DNA of 64,000 nucleotides, from NCBI GenBank assembly GCA_965644265.1, contig OZ286459.1, forward strand, positions 69,006,001 through 69,070,000, written 5' to 3'. Below are positions 53,572 to 63,740 of this stretch, piece by piece. Below the pieces are notes generated by a model. It ran no database searches. It was not told the origin of the DNA and worked only from the letters and a program-made list of their open reading frames with translations. Within the stretch, counting starts at the first letter, position 1; the number at the start of each line of letters is the position of its first letter. A program made the position numbers and the translations under genes. This DNA comes from Glycera tridactyla (Eukaryota).

Positions 53572-55509
53572 ATATGACTTCAATGAGACAATGTTTGTGG
53601 TCTTAGGGGCGGTGTAGATGACTTCAATGAAGCAATGTTGGTGGTCTTAGGGGCAGAGTAGATGACTTCAATGAAGCAATGTTGGTGGTCTTACGGGCAG
53701 AGTAGATGACTTCAATGAAGCAATGTTGGTGGTCTTAGGGGCGGAGTAGATGACTTCAATGAAGCAATGTTGGTGGTCTTAAGGGCAGAGTAGATGACTT
53801 CAAAGAAGCAATGTTGGTGGTCTTAGGGGCGGAGTAGATGACTTCAATGAAGCAATGTTGATGGTCTTAGGGGCGGAGTAGATGACTTCAATGAAGCAAT
53901 GTTGGTGGTCTTAGAGGCGGAGTAGTTGACTTCAATGAAGCAATGTTGGTGGTCTTAGAGGCGGAGTAGTTGACTTCAATGAAGCAATGTTGGTGGTCTT
54001 AGGGGCGGAGTAGATGACTTCAAAGAAGCAATATTTGTGGTCTTAGAGGCGGAGTAGATGACTTCAATGAAGCAATGTTGGTGGTCTTAGGGGCGGAGTA
54101 GATGACTTCAATGAAGCAATGTTTGTGGTCTTAGAGGCGGAGTAGATGACTTCAATGAAGCAATGTTGGTGGTCTTAGGGGCGGAGTAGATGACTTCAAT
54201 GAAGCAATGTTGGTGGTCTTAAGGGCGGAGTAGATGACTTCAAAGAAGCAATGTTGGTGGTCTTAGGGGCGGAGTAGATGACTTCAATGAAGCAATGTTG
54301 GTGGTCTTGAGGGCGGAGTAGATGACTTCAAAGAAGCAATGTTGGTGGTCTTAGGGGCGGAGTAGATGACTTCAAAGAAGCAATGTTGGTGGTCTTAGGG
54401 GCGGAGTAGATGACTTCAATGAAGCAATGTTGGTGGTCTTAGGGGCGGAGTAGATGACTTCAATGAAGCAATGTTGGTGGTCTTAGGGGCGGAGTAGATG
54501 ACTTCAATGAAGCAATGTTGGTGGTCTTAGGGGCGGAGTAGATGACTTCAATGAAGCAATGTTGGTGGTCTTAGGGGCGGATCAGATGACTTCAAAGAAG
54601 CAATGTTTGTGGTCTTAGAGGCGGAGTAGATGACTTCAATGAAGCAATGTTGGTGGTCTTAGGGGCGGAGTAGATGACTTCAATGAAGCAATGTTGGTGG
54701 TCTTAGGGGCGGAGTAGATGACTTCAAAGAAGCAATGTTTGTGGTCTTAGAGGCGGAGTAGATGACTTCAATGAAGCAATGTTGGTGGTCTTAGGGGCGG
54801 AGTAGATGACTTCAATGAAGCAATGTTGGTGGTCTTAGGGGCAGAGTAGATGACTTCAATGGAGCAATGTTGGTGGTCTTAGGGGCGGAGTAGATGACTT
54901 CAATGAAGCAATGTTGGTGGTCTTAAGAGCAGAGTGGATGACTTCAATGAAGCAATGTTGGTGGTCTTAGGGGCGGAGTAGATGACTTCAATGAAGCAAT
55001 GTTGGTGGTCTTAAGGGCGGAGTAGATGACTTCAATGAAGCAATGTTGGTGGTCTCAGGAGCAGAGTAGATGACTTCAGTGAAGCAATGTTGGTGGTCTT
55101 AGGGGCGGAGTAGATGACTTCAATGAAGCAATGTTGGTGGTCTTAGGGGTGAGTAGATGACTTCAATGAAGCAATGTTGGTGGTCTTAAGGGCGGAGTAG
55201 ATGACTTCAATGAAGCAATGTTGGTGGTCTTAGGGGCGGAGTAGATGACTTCAATGAAGCAATGTTGGTGGTCTTAGGGGCGGAGTAGATGACTTCAATG
55301 AAGCAATGTTGGTGGTCTTAGAGGCGGAGTAGATGACTCCAATGAAGCAATGTTGGTGGTCTTAGGGGCGGAGTAGATGACTTCAATGAAGCGATGTTGG
55401 TGGTCTCAGGGGCGGAGTAGATGACTTCAATGGAGCAATGTTGGTGGTCTCAGGGGCGGAGTAGATGACTTCAATGAAGCAATATTGGTGGTCTCAGGGG
55501 CGGAGTAGG
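53572..55509. repeat. 44-bp satellite, ~44 copies (GTAGATGACTTCAATGAAGCAATGTTGGTGGTCTTAGGGGCGGA)
   Basis: Head-to-tail units with no unique spacers; one 2-bp deletion near 55150. Confidence 0.98.
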
Positions 55510-56728
55510 TGCGATCTTCCAAGAAGTGATGCCACAAATACGCATTCTCTACATGTGAGGTATGAAGCAATATAGCTCTGGTATGAACTGATCCCAGCGC
55601 CGATGTTTGCCAGTAGATGGATGGCTGAGAGTAGAGTCTATTAGTAGTAGTAAGAGTCGGTGAAGCTTGATTGATATCCAAGAGGGCCCTGTTTCACACA
55701 AATCCAGATGGGCTGGAGAATTGAGTAGATACTCTAATTTGTGATCATGATCATTAAGAAAACCAACATTTGGTGTGAGTGAGTGATTTTTGTGAAAGTT
55801 ACCTAGATGTTAGTGAAACGGTTGGCAGCTCTGTTGAGGATGCTTGCTGTTGGATGCTGAGTAAACGGTTTGGTGAAGGCAGTGAGGCTGAACTGATCTC
55901 AGCATTGATTCTCGCCCATATACACTTATCAAATTCAGCAGCAACAACAGCAGCAGCAACAACGCAGGGCCACTTAATACTCCTACCCCATCACCCTCCT
56001 TGCAATTTAATCAATCTCCAGCCATATCCCCGAGAAGCATTGAAACATCCACCTCTTTGATCAACTTGATATACTCTCATCCAAAGACGATGGCCATAGA
56101 TCGCTCAGCTAAAGCAAGTGGGAATTGGCATCCCTGCAAAATTCACAAATTATCAGTGGTTGGTGTTCGTCAGGAGAATGAAGTGAAAGGATTAATTCTG
56201 GGCATGCCACCCGGATGATATGGCTGACCTAGTTTATCTTCAAGGGAAGAAGTCTTGAAGATCCACTGGGGGAGATATGGTCTCCGGACCTCACCGCTAG
56301 AGCTCAATAAAATGTTCAAATTCAAATTCAAATCCGACACGTGCCCATCATATAGGCATCTCATCGAAGGCCCAGAAAGTTAAATGAACACCCGGGAAAA
56401 ATCGCTTATGTGCACAGTATAGGCGACTCACTATTGCCCAATTGGTGCTGGATAGATGTTAAGCAGCCATCCAACCTGTCTAGATTCTCATGGTCGTATC
56501 ACTTTGACTACAGATGTGCTAGAGAGGTTCTGCGAATGGCTACACACGTTATGGATGACTATCACACTTGTATACTCGTATTCACACGCTTGGCCCTCTG
56601 TTTTATGAGTGTACTAACTATCAGTTCGTAGGTATTGGTACAAAGTAACCTGCTCCAGTCTGTCTCCTTCAAACAGGTCAACTGCATAAAACCCACCTTC
56701 GATGTGCGGTGACTGTGATATCATCGTC

Positions 56729-56866
56729 TTTCGGCACTTGAGTAGGCTAAACCACCTGCCAAGGAGGAGCGAAGATGAAGGGTGAAACATGCCTGCATGG
56801 TAGGACCGGGGATTGAACCCCAGACCCATTGCACGCCGGCCCAGCATGCTACCACTGTGCCACCAA
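56729..56866 (-). mobile_element. tRNA-derived SINE (family copy 4), diverged 3' end
   Basis: Reverse complement reads TTGGTGGCACAGTGGTAGCATGCTGGGCCGGCGTGCAATGGGTCTGGGGTTCAATCCCCGGTCCTACC... Confidence 0.88.
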
Positions 56867-56935
56867 TGTATTAGCATTCCCAATACATATGGTATTGTTG
56901 TAGAATCAGGTTGAGAGTGGAAAAATCATTCACGA

Positions 56936-56986
56936 GGGCGGGCTATTTCAATGTGACGTCACGGTTCTGCATTAAGCTTGACGTCA
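56936..56986. promoter_or_regulatory. GC box followed by two perfect CRE palindromes
   Basis: GGGCGG at 56936-56941; TGACGTCA at 56954-56961 and 56979-56986. Function not demonstrated. Confidence 0.3.
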
Positions 56987-58124
56987 CCATTGTAATAATC
57001 AATCTGCCCTGAAGCAATCCCGAGAGTTTTTAATCCATTATGAAGGATCTGGAGCACAACCCTAGATATGACAATCAACATTGTATTTTCGATTCTAGCC
57101 TTTCAATCTTACGCGGATCCCTTCCATAATCGAATGAGGAATCCGGGCCCCATATGTTGAATGATGTATTATTCATCGTGCTTAGCTTGACGACAAAAAT
57201 ATCAGTCTTCATTATTTTTTGCTAATCTATTTAATTGAAGTGCTTTATGCTTTTGACTAATAACACTAACAGCCTGCTCACCAATTATCTGATCACACGT
57301 TGTCGTTTTATTCACACTTGAATCTGTCAGCTCCAATCTTCTCAGTGTCATGCGCGAATGCCAGCTTTTTCAGGTTTCGCATTATATTAGTTTACGTTCA
57401 TATTTTTGCATCGGTGATTTCTCAACCAAAGTTGGCGTGATTCGACATGACCTCGGCTCATCCAATCTAGTGTCAATTGCAGGGTAGTTGCATGAAAGCT
57501 AGGGGTCATGTCCTTAAATACAACTCATCTATCAATCCTCAAAATGGTGCAGTCATTTGAGTAGTCGATCATTACTCATATAAGGCAGATGAGTGAGTGA
57601 GTGAGTCAGTCAGTCAGATAGTCAGATAGTCGGTTATACAATCAGTCAATCGGTACGGTATCAAGTCAGTGATGACTGCTAGAATAGTACAGGAGGTGAT
57701 CACTATCTGTTTCTGTCACTATTCTCTGCATCCCTTGGTTGATGGCTGGAGGTATTGGTACTTCAAAACTCAGATGACTCAGGAATGGACTACACCTACA
57801 AGTCAACGCTGGATGAAAGTCCTTCCATACTGATTGATCGACAATCTTTGATTTGTCCTACATTAAACCTGCAATATCTCACCTGATTTTGCAATATGAG
57901 ATATTATCTATTGTCAGATAGTGAGGCAGTTAGGCACTTTGTCGGCTGGTCAGTCGATCAGTCGGCCAGTCAGTCAGTCAGTCAGTCAGTCAGCCAGCCA
58001 GCCAGGTCTGTCAACAAGTCGATTAGTCAATCATTCGATCACTGGCACACTGCGACCTACCCACTCACTCACCCACTCCCCACCCACTCATTCATCCCAG
58101 TCATCCACTTACTCGATCTCCTCT

Positions 58125-58633
58125 GATTGACTGTTCATTCTGACGTCCTTCCGATGCGTCCCTAGTGTCGACATATGATTGACTGTTCATTCTGACGTCC
58201 TTGCGGTACGTCCCTAGTGTCGACATATGATTGACTGTTCATTCTGACGTCCTTCCGGTGCGTCCCTAGTGTCGACATATGATTGACTGTTCATTCTGAC
58301 GTCCTTCCGGTACGTCCCTAGTGTCGACATATGAGTGACTGTTCATTCTGACGTCCTTCCGGTGCGTCCTTAGTGTCGACATATGATTGACTGTTCATTC
58401 TGCATCCCTAGTGTCGACATATTATTGACTGTTCATTCTGACGTCCCTGCGGTGCGTCCCTAGTGTCGACATACGACTGACTGTTCATTCTGCATCCCTA
58501 GTGTCGACATATTATTGACTGTTCATCCTGACGTCCTTGCGGTGCGTCCCTAGTGTCGACATATGATTGACTGTTCATTCTGCATCCCTAGTGTCGACAT
58601 ATTATCGACTGTTCATTCTGACGTCCTTCCGGT
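58125..58633. repeat. 52-bp minisatellite switching to an alternating 38+52-bp dimer
   Basis: 52-bp units at 58125, 58177, 58229, 58281 and 58333; then 38/52 alternation at 58385, 58423, 58475, 58513, 58565 and 58603. Confidence 0.95.
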
Positions 58634-59820
58634 TCCTGCCACTGCATATGGGGCACCCCTGGGGGCGAATCCCCTGCTCGTCACCGGAAACACCATTACA
58701 TCTCCTTTGTACATTGAGCATGAGTGATTTTTGACAGCCTGCTGATGATTACCTAGTTGGTCACAGTGGGAATGGTTAGATTGTTTCATGTACCAAGAGA
58801 ACCATCTGGGCTATATTGATCATTCAAGTCACTTCCTTGGTCCCTAACCGAAATATATTCACAGTGTAGGATTAGGTGTAACAGTAGGGTAACAGCCTAA
58901 TATCATAGCCATTTTGTGTTTTATCCTGCCCCTCAATGATTTTTTTTCGAATAGTTCATCGGGTTCACGTGATATCGATTCGATTTTTAAAATAATAAGC
59001 TCAGTTTAGGTATCGATTTTGTCCAACAAAACTGGCCCGAAATCACATTCATCGGTCGAAGTGGTCCAATAGAGCAGGTCGTTGCCAAAAACCTTTGTAT
59101 CAAGCTCGGTTTATACCCTCCACAAATATTGCTTGCCTTGATTATCATAGTAATATCCACAAATCGTGCTATCTCGATGATAATGGAGCGAAGATAACTG
59201 ATGAGGGGTATGAGGTGGGGGAGCAGGAGGAAGAGGAGAAGGAGAAGATGGGGATCTGACGTAGGATGAACGGATGAACGCTCAGTGACACCATGATTAT
59301 GTGATAGATTTGTACCATGGTATGCTTTGAAATCAAGATCAAGTCTTGAGGTTTGTTCTGAGGCAAAAGTGGGGATAGGAACTCCTGTCTCGATATGACA
59401 CGGGCACTGTCATCAGTGTTCGATGAATTTCCGAGGCTGCGTGATTGATTCAAATGTCAAACGGATGTGGTCAGCAAATTTGTGCGTTGGCATTCTTTAT
59501 TGTTCTTCCTGTTGATAAATTCTCCAACAATCCATCATATCTTGACGAATATATCATATTGCAAGTCGCTGCCTGACAGGAGCAGGCGGGGAAAGACTCA
59601 CAAGGCCGCTGGCTCTTATATGGGCTGATTTCTCAGATTTCTCCAAGAGTGATGAGACATTTGAGATATCATATTGGCTTCTGTTCTATAATTGATTGTT
59701 CCTGTTGGAGCTCTGTATGAAGTGCCGAGGAAGAAGTCATCACTCCTAACTCGGGTATTGTTCCATCTGGGATCTACATGTACAACCATTATCTGTCTTC
59801 TATGTCCCAGTGGTTTTCCC

Positions 59821-60154
59821 ACGGTATAGGCAAGATGTGGGAACATAGTGTATTCTGCTAGAGCAATCGGGATACATCGATCACTCCATGGTATAGGCAA
59901 GATGTGGGAATATAGTGTATTTGGCTAGAGCTATCGGGATAGATCGATCACTCCATGGTATAGGCAAGATGTGGGAATATAGTGTATTTGGCTAGAGCTA
60001 TCGGGATAGATCGATCACTCCATGGTATAGGCAAGATGTGGGAATATAGTGTATTTGGCTAGAGCAATCGGGATAGATCGATCACTCCATGGTATAGGCA
60101 GGATGTGGGAATATAGTGTATTTGGCTGGAGCTATCGGGGTAGATCGATCACTC
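59821..60154. repeat. 67-bp minisatellite, 5 copies
   Basis: TATAGGCA(A/G)GATGTGGGAA starts at 59825, 59892, 59959, 60026 and 60093. Confidence 0.95.
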
Positions 60155-60367
60155 AATTACAAATACGTCTGTGAGCCACCGATCGATTGATAAAGCAAAA
60201 TCAATATGTCGGTAAATCAGTCAGTCGGTGATCAGTCAGTCGGACATTCACCCATTCACTACTCACCCATATACTCGCTCAGTAGATGTCACATTGGGTG
60301 TCTGAACTTCATTAATGTTCAGTTTCCGTTGAGTGAGTAGAGAGGTAGGCATGAATTGTCTCACCCA

Positions 60368-60629
60368 TGTCCATTGGATATGGTCTCAACATAGTTTGTC
60401 CATTGGATATGGTCTCAACATCGTTTGTCCATTGGATATGGTCTCAACATAGTTTGTCCATTGGATATGGTCTAAACATAGTTTGTCCATTGGATATGGT
60501 CTCAACATAGTTTGTCCATTGGATTTGGTCTCAACATAGTTTGACTATTGGATATGGTCTCAACATAGTTTGTCCATTGGATATGGTCTCAACATAGTTT
60601 GTCCATTGGATATGGTCTCAACATAGTTT
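60368..60629. repeat. 29-bp minisatellite, 9 copies (TGTCCATTGGATATGGTCTCAACATAGTT)
   Basis: Read directly; the unit and its left flank resemble the dispersed hairpin core. Confidence 0.95.
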
Positions 60630-61949
60630 GAGTACAATCAGCCAGGTACTCGGTCATCCACGTGTTCGCCCATCCACCCAATCTCTCACTAAATCACTCA
60701 CTCACCTTCTCCCTCAATCTCGCACTCATTCACCCACTCACCCATCCACTCATTCACTAACTCACCCATCAACCTATGCACTCACTGATCCTCGCACTTG
60801 TTCAGCCTTATATATTCACCGTCGTGTGGTTTTTATCTTGCCAAGGTTCAATACTTAGATACAACCACACTATGACATTCTCTTTCCATGATCAACAACC
60901 CCAACTTCAGATCGGGTGCAGTGATCAAGTGAGTGATTGTGTGTGCACATCTGTGTGTGCTTGCGTCCACCTGCTTGTATGTGTGCGCATGTATGTGTTC
61001 NNNNNNNNNNNNNNNNNNNNNNNNNNNNNNNNNNNNNNNNNNNNNNNNNNNNNNNNNNNNNNNNNNNNNNNNNNNNNNNNNNNNNNNNNNNNNNNNNNNN
61101 NNNNNNNNNNNNNNNNNNNNNNNNNNNNNNNNNNNNNNNNNNNNNNNNNNNNNNAGTTCGTGATCTCCAATGCATGGGCATGATCATGCATCGACTCCCG
61201 ATCGCAAGCCGTCACACGAGGCCTCTAGTATGCCTAGTGAATATCATATATCTACCACGAGGCCAGATATCTGCAACCCTTCCTCACCCATTTAGCCATG
61301 CACCACCAACTCACGCCATCACTCTCGGCTTATGCAGTATGAAAGAGAAAGGAATATATACTACTTCTTTTGTCAGGTAATTGAGATGGAGGGTCTCGTG
61401 ACTGTCCTCTTTATGGCATGTGTATCTACACCAAGAATGAATCAAACATGCTGATGTTATTATGTTGGCAGGCGTCTTTCATTCGCTCGCAAAGAGTTGG
61501 AGTAATTTCAGAGGCAGGAGGGCCCTTTCCCTCAACCAATACCACCATAATCCGAAGACAAAACGAAACAAAATGACATGCAATAGACCAGTAATGATAT
61601 TTTCAATGACCGATTTGGTATTTCAGTCTCAAAGAATCCAGCCTGAGTTGAAGAGATTCCGGGCATTGCCCAATCCGATATTAACCCATCAACCAATCAT
61701 CCACAGAAAGCCGATGCAGATGTCATCACTATCACGTGATATCCTGGTACTGGATTTGGATTGTGTGTGTAAAGATATATATACATACATATATATATAT
61801 AGAGAGAGAGAGAGGGGGGAGGGAAGAGGACAGGCACACGGACAGAACCTGCTAGAAATATTTCTCTCGATGCGTATCTGTTTAGGCAACCAGGAGAAAT
61901 GTCCTACCTACCGTTTACTTATGATAGGATCTGAGCTGGATTATAACGG

Positions 61950-62630
61950 TTAACATCTACATGGATTAATGAGGATAGCATCAGAAAGGTGAGGTAGACC
62001 TAATCAGGAGTGGCTGTGGTTTGCATGACTTGGGTGTCACTTCTTTCTTAGAAGTTGGTAGAGATGAAGCGGAGTCGTGCGAAGAAATGTCCGACTTGTC
62101 ATGTGGCACCGTTAGGATGCCTTTGTTGATAAAGGAAGTCGAAACATCAAAGATGACAATTCCATCTGTTCAGGCTACCCACGCATGTGCAAATGTCAAA
62201 CTGGCTCGTGACATCCACGACTGGTCCGCTGTGATGCTCCAGGTAATGATGATTGGAACCGACTGACAGTGTCACCATTCACACTNNNNNNNNNNNNNNN
62301 NNNNNNNNNNNNNNNNNNNNNNNNNNNNNNNNNNNNNNNNNNNNNNNNNNNNNNNNNNNNNNNNNNNNNNNNNNNNNNNNNNNNNNNNNNNNNNNNNNNN
62401 NNNNNNNNNNNNNNNNNNNNNNNNNNNNNNNNNNNNNNNNNNNNNNNNNNNNNNNNNNNNNNNNNNNNNNNNNNNNNNNNNNNNNNNNNNNNNNNNNNNN
62501 NNNNNNNNNNNNNNNNNNNNNNNNNNNNNNNNNNNNNNNNTCACCGGTTTCAAGTTGTTGGAATTCGCCATTTAAACCAAGGCATTCTTTGAAATCAGTA
62601 TTTATCGTCCTCATACCCTTTCAGTCTGAA
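61950..62630 (-). mobile_element. Decayed CR1/L2-like LINE reverse transcriptase relic spanning an N-gap
   Basis: Minus strand: G(E)IPTT(W)K with frameshifts at 62571-62545, a 255-bp gap, RTSRGC (cf. R.GRSC) at 62228-62211, then D.IVIFD...TVPHDK ending at 62095. Order and spacing fit non-LTR RT subdomains. Confidence 0.5.
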
Positions 62631-63063
62631 ATGGCACCTCGGCTCTCTGTTGAACACCGGGATCCAACAGCATCCTCAGCATGGGCATCCTAATACCACC
62701 CATTCAGATGGGAGCCAAGCTACCGATCAAACAATTGACTTTGTAACCCCACATAATCAAAGGGCTTTATAGCAGACATGATTTTCGAACATCAGGAATA
62801 ATCCTCTATCACTTGAATCTGTGATCGTTTTAGACAACACCTTTTGCAGTTTGTTCTTTGAGAGATTCATATCAACAGATGGATGCCATGCATTGATCAA
62901 ATCATCTTCATGGATGTTGGCTGATGCCTTTCAATGTTCCACGTCAGTGTGATGTCACATACTAATATGGGTTCATTTTCCAGAGAAAATCCATGACCCA
63001 TGATCTTTTTGATATGGGGTGTAGCCATTGATATAACCATGTGTTTGTTCTCCTATTTTGCAG

Positions 63064-63091
63064 GTGCGTACTTCTGAATACAGGCGTTTAA
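63064..63091 (+). other. Candidate 28-nt micro-exon
   Basis: Strong acceptor TGTTCTCCTATTTTGCAG| and strong donor A|GTAAGT. Open only in phase 0 (VRTSEYRRL). Confidence 0.3.
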
Positions 63092-63146
63092 GTAAGTCAG
63101 AATAATTACCTGGTACAATTCATAACGTGATATAACTGCCTGCATT

Positions 63147-63740
63147 CCAATTTGCATGATATTTTGCTATGAGCAATTGAATGGCACCGGTATGAATACG
63201 TCAGACTTTCTTATTTGGTATATGATTGAGCCTCATATAACCAATCCAATTTGCATGTTATTCTGCAATGAGCGATTGAATGGCACCGTAATGAATACGT
63301 CAGACTTTCTTATTTGGTATATGATTGAGCCTCATATAACCAATCCAATTTGCATGTTATTCTGCAATGAGCGATTGAATGGCACCGGTATGAATACGTC
63401 AGACTTTCTCATTTGGTATATGATTGAGCCTCATATAACCAATCCAATTTGCATGATATTCTGCAATGAGCAATTGAATGGCACCGGTATGAATACGTCA
63501 GACTTTCTTATTTGATATATGATTGAGCCTCATATAACCAATCCAATTTGCATGATATTCTGCAATGAGCAATTGAATGGCACCGGTATGAATACGTCAG
63601 ACTTTCTTATTTGGTATATGATTGAGCCTCATATAACCAATCCAATTTGCATGATATTCTGCAATGAGCAATTGAATGGCACCGTAATGAATACGTCAGA
63701 CTTTCTTATTTGGTATATGATTGAGCCTCATAAGACCAAT
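63147..63740. repeat. 99-bp minisatellite, 6 copies
   Basis: CCAATTTGCATG at 63147, 63246 and onward; gives a 33-aa periodicity in the ORF track. Confidence 0.96.

Larger units (their letters stand above)
11638..62540. other. 14 assembly N-gaps scattered across this span
   Basis: 11638-11878, 13787-14261, 15543-15945, 18766-18902, 22901-23044, 25370-25505, 29488-29771, 35502-35648, 42231-42373, 45538-45695, 45846-46015, 48763-48977, 61001-61154 and 62286-62540. Many adjoin microsatellites. Confidence 0.97.

Noticed and set aside
59616-59900. ORF with DDFFLGTSYRAP as a LINE endonuclease or RT fragment
   Set aside because: Single ambiguous motif, partly overlapping the 67-bp satellite.
11569-62693. 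ORFs containing long X runs
   Set aside because: They are open only because N-gaps contain no stop codons.
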